This document shows, in pieces, positions 18,989-31,857 of a DNA stretch of 64,000 nucleotides. The translations under genes were made by a program, and so were the position numbers. Below the pieces are notes generated by a model. It made no database searches. It was not told the origin of the DNA and saw only the letters and a list, made by a program, of their open reading frames with translations. Origin of the DNA: an uncultured virus (IMG/VR IMGVR_UViG_3300011008_000014) (lineage: Duplodnaviria; Heunggongvirae; Uroviricota; Caudoviricetes); the IMG/VR virus record IMGVR_UViG_3300011008_000014, one strand, 5' to 3'. Numbering within the stretch: the first letter of the stretch is position 1; each line of letters begins with the position of its first letter.

Positions 18989-19579
18989 ATGGAATTGAGT
19001 AGTATCGGAGTGTTTATCGTGGTTATCGTCCTGTTTGTGGTGATTGCCTTGTTTGTAATCCCTATGATTTGGAAACTGGATGAGTGGCGAAGCAGCCATG
19101 ACCAGCCCATCGTTGTAAAAATCAAGCTGCAAGAAGATGGTATCATGCCAGTAAGGGCGCACGGTGACGATGCCTGCTTTGACCTTTTCCTTCCGAAAAA
19201 GACGAAGCTGGAGTTAGGCCGTCAGCAGATACCGCTGGGATTCAGTATGCAGATACCCGAAGGATATTGTGCGTATATCCGTTCAAGAAGCGGCAACATG
19301 TCAAAGGGATTGGAAAATGTATGTGGTGAGAGGTTCGATGCCGAAGTCAAGACTGGCATTGTAGATGCTGGCTACCGTGGCATAGTCGGCTGCATCGTTC
19401 AGAACAACGTGCTTCCGCATGAAGGACTGAAAACCGAACTGAAAACTACGCTACCCGCTGGTTATAAGATTGCGCAGATGGCCATTCTTCCCGTTCCGCT
19501 GGTCAAGTTGCTGGAGGTCGATTCACTGGATGACAGTGAGCGAGGTGAAGGTGGATTCGGCAGCACAGGCACAATTTGA
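18989..19579 (+). CDS. dut: Trimeric dUTPase with an N-terminal hydrophobic extension
   Basis: ACFDL, RSG, GIVDAGYRG, KIAQ, RGEGGFGSTG. Confidence 0.92.
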   Translation: MELSSIGVFIVVIVLFVVIALFVIPMIWKLDEWRSSHDQPIVVKIKLQEDGIMPVRAHGDDACFDLFLPKKTKLELGRQQIPLGFSMQIPEGYCAYIRSRSGNMSKGLENVCGERFDAEVKTGIVDAGYRGIVGCIVQNNVLPHEGLKTELKTTLPAGYKIAQMAILPVPLVKLLEVDSLDDSERGEGGFGSTGTI

Positions 19580-19909
19580 ATGGCTATGGAAAAGGACAAC
19601 ATCAATACCACCGAGTTGAACATGTCTGATGCAGACCGCTTCAAGCGCATAACAGAATGGATGGCAGACACATTTAAGGCGAAAAACCATGATTACGGCA
19701 ATTCGTTTTCAAAACTGTTTGCCAAATACGGCATGAAGTACGCGATTATGCACCTTGAGGAAAAGCTGAACCGCATCGAGACCCTTTCAGAAAAGGAGGG
19801 GCAGGTCAAACAGGAAAGCATCAACGACTCGCTGATGGATGCAGCCAACTACTGCATTCTGACTTTGATTGAACTGGAGAAACAAAAACTTGGGCTATGT
19901 TCAAAATAA
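19580..19909 (+). CDS. DUF1599-like nucleotide-modification-associated protein
   Basis: KNHDYGNSF...KLNR...ESINDSLMDAANY. Confidence 0.8.
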   Translation: MAMEKDNINTTELNMSDADRFKRITEWMADTFKAKNHDYGNSFSKLFAKYGMKYAIMHLEEKLNRIETLSEKEGQVKQESINDSLMDAANYCILTLIELEKQKLGLCSK

Positions 19910-20754
19910 CGCGGATAAGGGTTGCAGACAACGGCGCGATTGTCAAGACCCGCCACTGTGACATTCTGACGGACAACTTAGAGCAGAAACGCTCTGAGTT
20001 GCGCCGCCAGTATGAAAAGGAATGTGGAAGGAAGATACAAATTCACCTTACCTATAGGGATGGTGACAGTGACGAACTAATGAATGAAGGTGAAGAGTAA
20101 AAAATGGGGGCGGTTACTTGCGTATTCCATCCCCCGAATTACTCGACGCTGCAAAATTAAGCAAAAAATGGCAAATATACAAGGAGATTTCGGGAAATGT
20201 TTGAAGCAGGGCAAAGTTTTTTGTGAACTTGAAGAAACTATTGCAAGAATGCGTCAGCACATGGCACATCCATTGCTGTCAGACACGAAGCTGATAGGCA
20301 GGCTCTATGAAATGTTCATTGCGAAAATGCGGGAGGCACATCCGCATGTTTCGGAACTGAACAATACCATCCAGCGGTCGAAGTTCATATTCATTACGAT
20401 GGCATTGTATTCACCGAGGACATTGTTTTTCGGGAATAAGATGCGCTGTGATGTGCGTGACAGGCTGGCAGATACGACAAGGTGCGCAAAGACCTTGATT
20501 TCTCATAATTGCAGGAACGTCACATTCTATTATACTGCGTACCGTGACTTTAGGGATGACGTGGATATGCTATATGCCTTGATTGTAAATGACTTGCGGA
20601 ATGAAGGGCTGCTGACAGATGACCATGCCAACCAGTCAAAAGGCGAGTCAAATGTATATCATTGGGCAAAAAATGTTAATATATTGACAAATCGCTTCTT
20701 GGATTTGGAAAAGTAAGCAAATAACTTTAACTTTGCAGAAAAATTCAACCGCAC

Positions 20755-21219
20755 ATGGAGAAATATTCAGAATACTACGAAGATGATGCCCGTAGCTTGG
20801 CAATGATGCTGGCAACGGAAGAGAACGGACGTATAGAGCCTTTTTACACCAGTAACAGCAAGGAGTACCCACAGCCGCCGAAAATCAGCTTTTTCCCGTC
20901 AATGAAGATGCCAGCCTACCGTGTCTTTAATGGTGATGGCGAGGTGATTGCGGAGGTCGCTTTCGTTTCCGAAGCCCGACAGGAAGGACAGGACATCGCG
21001 CTCAAAGATAGGATGGTGAAGCGCATCCGCTTGGGTCGCAAGATTGCCAACAAGCGCAAGCAGAGACACCTCACCGAGCAGCAACTGGCCGACATGATAG
21101 GCACGAAGCGGTCAAATATCTGTGGTGCGGAACGCGGCAAATACAAATCCGACTGCGATTTTCTCCTCAGTCTTGCACAGGCGTTAGACTGCACACTGGA
21201 TTTCAACGATATTCGTTAG
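20755..21219 (+). CDS. XRE-family HTH regulator (C-terminal HTH)
   Basis: RLGRKIANKRKQRHLTEQQLADMIG....I...ERG; own promoter TAACTTTG at about 20727. Confidence 0.8.
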   Translation: MEKYSEYYEDDARSLAMMLATEENGRIEPFYTSNSKEYPQPPKISFFPSMKMPAYRVFNGDGEVIAEVAFVSEARQEGQDIALKDRMVKRIRLGRKIANKRKQRHLTEQQLADMIGTKRSNICGAERGKYKSDCDFLLSLAQALDCTLDFNDIR

Positions 21220-21292
21220 ACCCCTTTATATATTAAAATGTATCGGGATGCAATGAAAATTGCACCCCTTGGCCTGTTTTTGGCCTTCTAAC

Positions 21293-21430
21293 TGTTAAAT
21301 AAAGCAAATAACTTTATTTTTCTGCTGAAAAATTTGGTAGTTTCAATTTATTTGCTTACCTTTGCAATACAGAAAACAACAAAACCGTTTAGAACAGAAG
21401 AGCCGACTGACCAAACAGGCACAGAAGATT
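21293..21430 (+). promoter_or_regulatory. Repeated expression unit: AATAAA-N9-TTTATT operator, promoter and pseudoknot leader (copy 1)
   Basis: Same unit recurs at about 24156-24292, 33181-33346, 40035-40157, 48032-48170, 54784-54920 and 63890-64000; leader alone at 21689-21738. Confidence 0.85.
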
Positions 21431-24400
21431 ATGACACATAGCGTACACATGGTGATGATGAGCCACCTTTCAGATGCACAGACAATCATGGTTGCAAACC
21501 CCACACTGGCAAAGACTCACATAAACTTTGTAAAGCGTCTGATTATGAAGTATGACAACACAGACGTTTATGTTGAAGAGGATGAACTGGATGCCATTTG
21601 GGAGGAGGAGTACAACAGACTGAACAAGCCCGAAGAATTGTAAAAGACCCATACAAGGCCGTGGGACTCGTTCTGCGGCCTTTTAATTAAAACCATTTAG
21701 AACTGCCGCCGACAGCTTAAAGACAGGCATTAAAAGCAATGACAGCAAGAGGTTATTTCTTAGATAATAGGGATTTCATCAAGAAAGGCGAATACAAGCC
21801 GACATCTTTGGATGAGCGCAAGAAGAATGCCGATTTCTTGATTACAGCCGTCTATGGCGAAAGATATGAGATACACAGCAACAGGACGAAGCGACCTGTG
21901 GAACTGAAACCCAGCCGTTCTATCAAGCGGATGAACAACTATATCTATATCGTCACTGAAAAGGCTCTTGAAATGCTTAAAAAGGACTATTCGTTTGAAT
22001 GTGATTTTTGAACCATAAGAATATGACAGCAACAGTATTAAAGGCAAACGGCGAATGCTTGCAGGTCAAGCCGAAGAATGGCACGGATTTCAGCCTTGAT
22101 GAAGCAAAGAAGGTTGTAGGCGGGTATATTGAGGTGATTCATCTTAGCAGTACCCAGCTGATGATTGTCAACGAAGAGGGCAGGCTCAGAAATTTGCCCT
22201 TCAACAAGCAAGCATCGCTGATAGCAAACATGGCGCGGAAAGCGGATATGATTGTCGGCGACGTGCTGGTATGTGACATTAAACAGTTCAAGTGATATGA
22301 AACAGACAGATAAAGAAGTTCTCAGCTTATGTAAAGAGTGGTTTGAGGAAATTGCAGACAGATGCAGCAGACTGACAAGTGGCAATGTGTCACATGACAG
22401 CAAAATGATTCGTGGATTAGCGCGTAATTCTGCCGAGTTCGTAAACTCACATCTTAAAGAAGGCTGAGATGGAAAACAATAATATGCACCAACATATCCC
22501 TATAAAGGATAGATATGCTATATTCTGTGAGAAATGTTTTGATGAAGGTATTATGCCGCCATCGTTTGAAGAATATCAAAAAAGACAATAATATGAAGAT
22601 AACAGGCAGAAAGATAATGCAGATTCGCCACCATTGGGAGTTTGAAGAAGTGAAAGGTGCTGCAAAGCAGCGCGGATTTCGCAGTCGGAAGATTGACCGC
22701 CTCAAGGGTATCAAGATGCGGCCATTTTTGAATCGTGTGGTGAACAGAATACTTGACGAAGATGAGTAAAAGACAACAGACCTATAAGGCCAACAAACAG
22801 GCAAAGGTAGGCGAAATGATAAAATGCCCCGTTTGCGGCGATGTGTTCAAGAAACGGCAATACTCGCAGGCGTTTTGCTGTGGCCAGTGTAAAGATACCT
22901 ATTGGAACGCGAAAGGCGACCGTCATTGTGCTGGCTATTATGAGGACTATGATGCAAAGCACCCCGAAAGGATGAAGCGCAGGAGGCTTTATGGAAGTCA
23001 AATTGTGGTATCTGTTGGCGGCGAACTGACTCCAAGGCAGCGTGACGAGATACACGAAAGGTTTTTGGAGAAAAAGCGTGAAATTGAAACTTACGGATAA
23101 AGGAGGTTGAATAATGAATGTTCAAGATGTAATGCTGGGCGATTGGTTGAATATAAGCCATCGCAAGAAAAATGGGATAGTACATAGAATAGACAAGGCA
23201 AACGGTGAAGGAAACGGCTTTGCGGCAGTCATAGATGGCGACTACCATGAAAGCCTGCTTGAGCCTATCGAACTGACCCCCGAAATCTTGAAGCGCAGCG
23301 GATTTGAATTGGAAGATGGATGGTGGTGCTGGCGCAAGCTGGGCGTATCTACAGGCAATCTATATATAGACGTTGCCTTTCGTGATGATGACGTGTCTGT
23401 GTACGACGTGCAAATGATGGGCTATCACAACGCATCAATGAATCACCATCTGAACTATGTGCATGAACTGCAACATGCCATGAGGATATTTGGAATAGAT
23501 TTGGAACTTAAAATAACACAAGACGATTGATTATGGAAGCTGCAATAATAACTGGCAGTAATAATTGCCCTTACTTTGACGAAAACCGCACGATTTGCGA
23601 TGACGGTGAATGTGAATCATGCAAGCATTACGGTGAAATCTTGAAGTGATAGTATGACACGGAAACCAAAATTGATGCAGTTTCTCCGCAAGTTGCAGGA
23701 GATACAGGCAAAGTATATCGACACCGTAGGCATCGAGATTCGCTCAAGGCGATACCTTGATGATGGCGTGTATGCTATAAATGCCAGTTTTATATCCCAA
23801 ACTCGGAAATGTGAAGATACTGACGCAGAGGATAATTCGCTGGTAGTAAATGCGACATTATACAGTTTTTGGACGAATAAGGAAAACAAAAAGGCATTTG
23901 ACGGTTTTGTCAAAGAGGTAAAGGTTGAAAGCCAGTTAGTAAAAGAAGGTAAGGTAATTGAATGATGGAATACGCAAGAGTGGCTGTCGTGCTGGATGAA
24001 CCAGTACAGGCCGATAAGAAAAAGACTGGAGATTGTGATTTCGACTGCACACCGTCTGATATTCAGAAGAGATACGAGTTGAAGTAGTCGGAACATGAGT
24101 ACTTGGATGACCTGTGTTTATTGGCAATCATCGTTTTGTGTGGTTGAAACTGCATTGTTAAATAAACTAAATTGCTTTATTTTCTTTGCAAAAAGTTTGG
24201 TAGTTCTGAAAATAATCACTATCTTTGCAACAGATTTAAGAACAAAACCATTTAGAGCCGCAGCCGACGGTCGAAACACAGGCAGACGAACAATGAAAGC
24301 AATTAAGTTATTTGAAGATGTGCTGGCATCGTGGAGAAACAATGATGTGGCCGACATCGAACTGGCAGAAAAGTATAGCGAAGTGTTCAGAGCCTACAAT

Positions 24401-26517
24401 GACTCTGTGAAGGGCGGAAACGACATTCTGACGTTTCGTGACATCTCGTATCTCAACTTTGAAACCAGCATGAACAACATTCATGAGTCGCTGTTGGAAC
24501 TTGGCATCAAGAAGATTGCCATTGCCGAAAGGAGCACAGCCCTTATGTCATATCTGTGGAGTCTGACAAACAAAGGGTGGCAGATTAAGGGCATGGCACT
24601 GGCCAACACCCCGCATGTTCATCTTGGTAATCCCAAACAGGAGCCAGCTATTATACTCACCTATAAAGGATAATGCCCATGAAACGGAATCCCGTCAAAA
24701 CCGAATATCTGATAACGGATAATTCTATGCCGCTGTCTATTGCGCCGACATCACATATAGCAGTCAAGCAAGTGGAGAATCTGATTGAATATATCTGCTG
24801 GAATGAATGTACGGAAGTTGACGTGAAGCATGATATGACCAAATACGGTGATATGTCTGTACTGTTCAAGAATGGCCATGACATCAAAGTTAGAGCCATT
24901 GAGCGTGTATCGACTGTCAAGGCTTTTGGATTAAAGTATGGATTAGCACCTAAAAATGACGAATAGCTATGCAACTGGATTTGCGAATAACAAATTTTGA
25001 TGAGTTTGACACGATGGTGCAGTCTGTCATCAGTAAGCCGTGGGCATCAAAAAACGGTGCGTATGGGCATGATAGAATACACGAAGCACTTGTTAGGCAG
25101 TGTGAATGGCAGCTTGGAATGGATGATAACTATTTCGATGAATCGCAAGACCCTAACCCGCATTGTCAAATACCTTTAGGAACTGAATACGACAAAGTTT
25201 ATTGCTTTAATTGTGTCAGCCACAAGATAGATGGAGCAAAGCATATCATCAGACTTGAATATGTCGGAACAATGAAATAGGATTATGTATTTAGTACGCG
25301 AACAAAATAATGACCTGCTTCTATTCTTGGGTGACGAAAAGCCATTCAAGCATAACGGAAGCTGGAAAACCAAGCATAACTGCCAGTCAGTGATGCTGGA
25401 TAGCAAGCAGCATCCCGAAGTGCAGTGGATAGACCGTGAGCCGACGGAATGCGAGATAGTGCCAGTTGGCAGGCAGAAGCAGGAGCCTCCGAAGTTTGAG
25501 CAGTTTGTCGTAAGGGCGAATACGCGGGTGGAGTGCCCGCGTCTGTCAGATGATGAACTTGGTGATATGAACAGACCGCTGATAGGCGGCTACTATTGTC
25601 GGAACTGCGAATATAACATGCAAACCAATACTGATGAAGAGACGGGCAATCTGCTTGTCAAATGTGGTAAGGAGGCAGAATAATGGGATATACAGCGAAA
25701 TATATTGAAGCACTGGAAGCGGCCTGTAAAAAGGCAATCTCAGATTATAATGGCGAAAAGGAATTTGAGACCGTGGTCGCAGATGCCTTTCGTGCAGGTA
25801 TGACTTTTCAGTATAAGAACGGCTATATCCTGTTTGCCAATGACATACTGGAAAGCGAACTGCCGAAGGATGGCCAGCTTTACATCGTCATTACGACATC
25901 AAACCAAGCGCACCTGTGCAGATGCGCGGTGACTACAGAAGAAAAAGGAAGGTACAATTTCTCCTACAACGGGCAAAGCGGAACAAAATACCACACCTTC
26001 AATATCGTTGGCGGCGGTATGCTGCTGGAGAATATCGGTGCATGGCAAAGATTCATTATAACGAAGTAAATATATGGAACAGAAAAGAAAACCCGTCGCA
26101 TTGACGGTTGAGCAGATGAAGATGCTCAAGGATTTGGGGTATGACACCAGCAAGGCAAGCATGGCCTATTACACCTATGGCAGCGGAAAGACTGTCTTAC
26201 GCGAAGCCAGCGACGATGCACAGGTGGCAAAGAAGTGTGTGCCAGCTTTCACGCTGGAGGATATTATTGCGATTCTGCCAGCCGTGGAACTGCCATTCGG
26301 AACTAATGGATTCATCTATCCAAGTGTTGTGAAGTTTACTGATGACCATTTCGCTTGTTGCTATCTGAATTTCGGCACAAGCGATGGCCGCGAGTTCTTT
26401 AGGACTACAGGCAGTAGCGGATTGGAAGCCGCATTGAAGATGTTGCTGGAGTGTCATGAAAACGGCTATTTCGGCAAGGTTACTGTACTTGAAAACGGAA
26501 CAAAGATATATGGATAG
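21431..26517 (+). other. Run of about 15 small accessory CDSs (e.g. 21431-21643, 21739-22011, 22023-22295 DUF3846-like, 23114-23530, 23654-23965, 24293-24673, 24673-24966, 24969-25280, 25285-25683, 25683-26069, 26074-26517)
   Basis: Abutting plus-strand ORFs; 22023 has VGGYIE...MIVNEEG.L..LP.N..A. Confidence 0.7.
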
Positions 26518-26953
26518 GACTATTCTTTTTCGTGGCAAGTCGATTCTCACAAGGGAATTGGTGTACGGCGATTTGCTGATGCACCGTGCGCCGATGGAGA
26601 TTTGTGTTGACAATAACCATGTCGTGCAGGTGGAACGCGGCTCGATATGCCAGTACACAGGATTTCGTGACAAAGAGGATTTCTTCATCTTTGACCGTGA
26701 CATCTTGGCCGTGGATGGTGAGAAAACGCCTTATCTGATAGAATATATCCAGCTATGGGGTGGCCATTACATCACACCGATAAATGAGGCTGGCATGATT
26801 GAGCGGAAAAGGCGCGTCACAGTTAAGACAGCCCTCAAAAACGGATTCGATTTCACTAAGACCCGCATTGTCGGCAGTAAGGATGATTTAGAAAACGCAA
26901 TGATTAAGTTCGACGTATGGCTGGGGAAACAGGGGATTACGGAATCCGAATAG
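26510..26953 (+). CDS. YopX-family protein
   Basis: RTILFRGK...VYGDL...ICQYTG..D....IFDRDI. Confidence 0.8.
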   Translation: MDRTILFRGKSILTRELVYGDLLMHRAPMEICVDNNHVVQVERGSICQYTGFRDKEDFFIFDRDILAVDGEKTPYLIEYIQLWGGHYITPINEAGMIERKRRVTVKTALKNGFDFTKTRIVGSKDDLENAMIKFDVWLGKQGITESE

Positions 26954-27033
26954 AAAGCGGCGTAACAAGTGGCAGACTGCTAAAGAAAGTATCAAACATC
27001 AAGAATATCACTAAATTAAAATTCAATTTCATT

Positions 27034-27699
27034 ATGACAGAACAGCAACAGTTGAGGTTAGACCTCTTTCGTGAGACAAAGGATTTGCAGAAAGCAAAGG
27101 ATGTCTTTAACTTTGTGATGGCCGACGGTGCAAAGCCCGCACCCGTGGCTGTCGCCCCTGCTGGCGGCATTGCCAATGGCCTGTACTACATCTTTACAGA
27201 TGGAAGCTATGCGCCGTTTGACGGCAAGAGCAAGCCCGAAAAGGAAGTGAAGTATTGTGGCATCTACCATGACGGCCATTCGTTTGCCGTGGCACTGAAT
27301 GACCTCGGAAAGTTTGCGCTTGTCAAGGATGTGGATTACTGCCCCGAAGAAAGTACGTTGTACTGCTCTGCTGAGTGCGATGCCCTGCATGAGTGGGATT
27401 GCGTGGAACGCACGAAGCATATTCAAGAGGTTGGCACAGACATCCCGCTGGCAGATGGTGAGTACATCCCTGCCCTGCCTATGGTGGTTCTGATGCGTTA
27501 CTACGCAAAGCGCGGCCTTAACGAAATGTTAAAATTGGCTGGTGGAACACCTTTTAACATGGATGAGGTCTACTGGTCTGTTACTGAGTACGGCAGCTAC
27601 GGTGCTTGGTACGTCCACTTCAATAGTGGCATCGTCTACAACGGCTTCTACAAGTCTCTCAGTTACGTAGTTCGCCCTGTGGCCGCATTTAACATTTAA
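27034..27699 (+). CDS. DGR target protein 1 (C-terminal CLec/DUF1566-like variable region)
   Basis: Ends YWSVTE....AW.V.F..G.V......K.....VRPVAAF; paralog of 51503-52147. Confidence 0.85.
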   Translation: MTEQQQLRLDLFRETKDLQKAKDVFNFVMADGAKPAPVAVAPAGGIANGLYYIFTDGSYAPFDGKSKPEKEVKYCGIYHDGHSFAVALNDLGKFALVKDVDYCPEESTLYCSAECDALHEWDCVERTKHIQEVGTDIPLADGEYIPALPMVVLMRYYAKRGLNEMLKLAGGTPFNMDEVYWSVTEYGSYGAWYVHFNSGIVYNGFYKSLSYVVRPVAAFNI

Positions 27700-27738
27700 C
27701 ATTTCACATTCGGCGAGGGCTGTTTCAACAGCCCCGCC
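27535..27738 (+). repeat. DGR variable repeat 1 with IMH-like end and hairpin (27712-27738)
   Basis: Matches 51986-52186 except at positions explicable by template adenines and one 3-nt indel. Confidence 0.88.
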
Positions 27739-28470
27739 TTTGTGTTTGGAAGCGTATGGTAAAGGTAATTAAACCGCCTAAGAATTATCGGATGCAGCCA
27801 GTGGCCGTAAGGCGTAAAACGTGCTACAAATGCGGTGCGGAACTGGAGTACACCGAATCAGAGTGTGAACGTCAGCAAAGCCACATGTATGAATGGCAGT
27901 ATTTCATAACATGCCCTTGCTGCGGAAACAAAATATGTGTGGATTGCAAAAACTGTTAATGATATGACAATAGCGATAACTTATATTACACTTGGCATCC
28001 TGTATTTGCTGGCATGTATAGCAGACGGGCAGGATGTAAAGCCACTGTGGAAACGGTGGCTCGGCTGCAAGCTGGAGGGTTGGGCTGACAACTTGAAGCC
28101 CATTGACTATTGCAACCGTTCTGAATGCAAGTATTGGCAAAGCTATCAGTTGAACGATTGTAGGACAAAGTACGAAATACCACAAGTGCGTTTCGATGCG
28201 GAAAAGATAGAAAGCCGTATGGTGCTCACCGAAAATGAATTGTTTCGTGCAAGAATGATTGAAGATGATGCAAGGCGGCATGGAATGCCCCTGCATCTTA
28301 TACCTCGCCGTGAAACCGTTGACGGCATGATTGATGATGTGAAAAAGCATTGTGTGAATGAGATTCTAAAGCTGGCACAAAGCCGTATTGACCTTGAAGT
28401 TCGGAAGGATGACTGTAGAGGCGAGATTGTCATTGATGGCGTGCTGTATGTAGGTAGAAACTGATTTGAT

Positions 28471-29103
28471 ATGGAACGTCAAATAATATTCAGAGGCAAA
28501 AGCATATCTGATGGCAAATGGGTATTCGGCTCACTTATTCTGTTTGCGGATGACTACCCGATGATTATGTCATATTCTGCCGACGCTCCTGTTTATACAA
28601 GAGTGACGGAAAAGACAATCGGGCAATATACTGGAGTCAAAGACAAGGATAAGAAACTTATCTTTGAAGGTGACATCGTTCACTGGCAGAATAACTATAA
28701 GCACGAATTTACCAAAAAGGTGACATTCGATAAGTCGTATGGCGGTTTTGCGCCTGTGGATATATACATGGGTTATGACTGCAACGTATTGGGTAATATC
28801 CATGACAATCCCGAACTATTGGAAGTAAAGAAGCCCGAACCTCCGAAAAACGGGTTGTTGCCGCATGAGTTTAGGATTCGTGCGCTGTATGATAACGGCT
28901 GCATGTCAGTGAAAGGCCATATCTATATAGCGGAACGGGTAAAGTTAAGACATAAGGATGTAATCCGTGTTTGGGATGAATCATCGAAACTGGATGATGA
29001 AGGTAAACGTAGATATGGAACATACTGCAATATGGATTTAAGCATTCTTGGTAATGACAGGGTTTACCCGAATTATGAAATTGTAGAAGAGAATAAAAAA
29101 TGA
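28471..29103 (+). CDS. YopX-family protein with C-terminal extension
   Basis: QIIFRGK, TIGQYTG.KD....IFEGDIV, VLGNIHDNPELL. Confidence 0.85.
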   Translation: MERQIIFRGKSISDGKWVFGSLILFADDYPMIMSYSADAPVYTRVTEKTIGQYTGVKDKDKKLIFEGDIVHWQNNYKHEFTKKVTFDKSYGGFAPVDIYMGYDCNVLGNIHDNPELLEVKKPEPPKNGLLPHEFRIRALYDNGCMSVKGHIYIAERVKLRHKDVIRVWDESSKLDDEGKRRYGTYCNMDLSILGNDRVYPNYEIVEENKK

Positions 29104-29380
29104 AAGTAGAATACGGAATAATGTCTAACAAGTGGGAAATAACCGCTAAAGACGAGAAACAGGCGATTGCGGCCATTGTCGTACTGCTGGGTACGAATGC
29201 TAAACTGGCAGTCATCTATACACCGCAGGAACTACGCGAAAAGGAATGGTCATTTAGTTTTGCCGAGAATCTTGAATCCCGCCTTGATGAAATATTCGGC
29301 GGCAAAGGCAAGTTTATGGCCTATCTTGACAGCCACGTCGAGGAAATGCGCGAAGTTGTCAGAACACAAAAGAAGTTGGT

Positions 29381-30133
29381 ATGAGTATGAATAAAAAGAA
29401 AGTCTTGATTGTGCTGACATATTTTAAGCACGGAGCACAGGGAAGGGAAATACAGTTAGCCCTTAAAGGATGGAGAAAATTCTGCCAGTTTGATTATCAT
29501 TTTGTGGTGATTGGAGTGTTTGACAATTTTTTGCGAGGAATGTTCCCTTGGGTGGAGTTTATCGAATGCCCGCAAGTACCATTGAAGAATGGCCAGTACA
29601 ATCCACATTTGGATATTCAGCACCGTATGAAGGTTGCACTGGAAAAGTTTGCTGGTGAATATGACGGGTTTGTATGGATGGCAGATGACTGGTATGCAAT
29701 AAAGCCATTTGAACTGGAGGATATTACCACTGTTCATTACAACGAGCCGAACTACGGCAAGGAAGATGCCCCATGTTCATACTGGAGCCATGACAAATGG
29801 AAAACACATCAACTGCTTGTCAGAGAAAACCTGCCGCAAGTCAATTACACCATACACTACCCATACTGGTATGAGGCCGCAAAGTTGAAAGAGATTTGGG
29901 AAAGATTCAATATGCTTGAAGAAAGCTATGTGCTTGAAGATGTGTATTTCAACTATTTCAGCCATTCAGAGCCAGTGCGTGAAAAAGAAGTAATGCTTGG
30001 TGTTTGGAACAAAGAAATATTTGAGAAAGACTTTCAGAACGCTGTGGATAATCCGAAGATAAAGTTTGTTGCAAACAGTGTTGAAGGATGGTCTCGAGAA
30101 CTGGAAAATGCTTTAGAAGGTATATATAAATGA
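29381..30133 (+). CDS. Putative GT-A-fold nucleotide-sugar transferase (Stealth-like)
   Basis: EIQLALKGW..F, FVWMADDWY (DD motif), HYPYWY; more AT-rich than neighbours. Confidence 0.5.
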   Translation: MSMNKKKVLIVLTYFKHGAQGREIQLALKGWRKFCQFDYHFVVIGVFDNFLRGMFPWVEFIECPQVPLKNGQYNPHLDIQHRMKVALEKFAGEYDGFVWMADDWYAIKPFELEDITTVHYNEPNYGKEDAPCSYWSHDKWKTHQLLVRENLPQVNYTIHYPYWYEAAKLKEIWERFNMLEESYVLEDVYFNYFSHSEPVREKEVMLGVWNKEIFEKDFQNAVDNPKIKFVANSVEGWSRELENALEGIYK

Positions 30134-31011
30134 ATAGATTATGAATGAGTTTTTTGTTGCAGTAGAATCCCATCCTATAACGGCTATTCTGTGCTGGCTG
30201 GGTGTTGTCATTATTGCACAGGCGATAAGGCCGACGATAAACTATTATACTGGCAAGTGTGACAAGAATGACGATTAAAACGAAATGATATGAAAACATT
30301 TGGAATATTTTTGTCTGTAGCATGTATCATCTATGGTATAGTCGGGGTGATACGTCAGAACGAATCGCGGAAGCGTAAGCGGAAGAAGATTGTTGCTATG
30401 CTGGTTGCGAACTTCATCATTGCAAAGGACGCGATGATAAGAGCCAATCTTGAACCGAAAGAACTGACAGACGGTTTGGAACATCTGATAGACAATACCC
30501 TCAACATCGTTATTGATGCTTGTGGCACAAAATATGTAGAAGAGGCAGACTGGATGCTTCACGGTTACGAAATCAAAAAGGAGGATTAGTCATGGAAATG
30601 TATCAAAGCTATCTTTTTAGAATCAGAGGCGATGGCATAGATTTTGACCCAAATAAACATTGTAAGAATGATGATGCCGCGCTTGCGCTGGCAAAAAAGT
30701 ATGTTCGTCAATATCCTGTTGGTACGACAATTAAAGTATTTCATATTACGGATGTGGATGGGCGCGAATGCAAAAACTATATTGGGAGTGTAAAACATTA
30801 AATATGTATTCAAATGGCAAAACTGACAGAGAAAAGTCTTAAACGGCGTAAACTTACAGATAAGATGACAGAATTGCTGGAAAAGTACAACTGGCTTAGA
30901 ATTTCTAACGAATTTGGATATGATACGGAAGAAGAACTTGATGCAGGGTGTGCTTTGCAGGATAGGCTTAGGTCTAAAATACGAAAGGCGTTGGATTTAT
31001 AATAAGACAAT

Positions 31012-31857
31012 ATGGAAATAATCTTTAGGGCGAAAGCAGAATGTGAAAACGTATGGGTTGAGGGGGATTTAATTCACTACACCCGCCCGCGTTGCGAGAA
31101 GGTAACTATAAAGGAACTTGATGGATTTCAGTTGGAGTCAGATGTCGTAGAGGAGACCGTCGGCCAGTATATCGGCAGAAAAGACAAGAACGGCAAGCGC
31201 ATCTTTGACGGTGATATTATCGCTATGGGGATGGAATACCCTAAGCTTATAGAATACCGTGATGACCGTGCCGCTTTCTGTACGGCCAACATTCGGGAAC
31301 TTAAATCGGAATGGCTATATCCGTGGGCTGTGCCAGCGGATAACTGGTGGCGCGATTTCGGCAAGGATTTTGAGGTGGTCGGCAACAAATACGACAATCC
31401 CGAAATGCTGGAATGGCAGTGGTGGAAGGAGCAGAAATGCACTCAGAAATACACGCGACTGGATGCGCTGAAGCTGGACTGCGGCGTTAGCTGCTGGGAA
31501 GATGGAACACTGAACGGCATGAGGGATGACCCGAATCGCCCGAAGATGCCATGCTCAGTAAAGGCTGGTGACGAGTACCGCTGGCGACCAATCATCAACA
31601 TCAAGACTGGAACTATTGAAAATTGGGAGAAAGGTATCATTGCGGATATTCACTATAAAGTCTGCGATGAATGCTGCATAGACGTGATAGACGCTGACGG
31701 AAAGCTGGCAAAGGAATACAGCGGCTATGTACCCGAAATCCTGTGCCGTGCTGGTGAGAGCGATGGCGACTACATCATTATGCACATTGACGCTTTCGGT
31801 GTCATTGACAACTGGAAGCAAGATGACTACCTGTTACATGAAATAATGAAGCAATGA
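31012..31857 (+). CDS. YopX domain fused to an unknown C-terminal domain
   Basis: IIFRAK, TVGQYIG.KD.NG..IFDGDI, EVVGN.YDNPE. Confidence 0.8.
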   Translation: MEIIFRAKAECENVWVEGDLIHYTRPRCEKVTIKELDGFQLESDVVEETVGQYIGRKDKNGKRIFDGDIIAMGMEYPKLIEYRDDRAAFCTANIRELKSEWLYPWAVPADNWWRDFGKDFEVVGNKYDNPEMLEWQWWKEQKCTQKYTRLDALKLDCGVSCWEDGTLNGMRDDPNRPKMPCSVKAGDEYRWRPIINIKTGTIENWEKGIIADIHYKVCDECCIDVIDADGKLAKEYSGYVPEILCRAGESDGDYIIMHIDAFGVIDNWKQDDYLLHEIMKQ

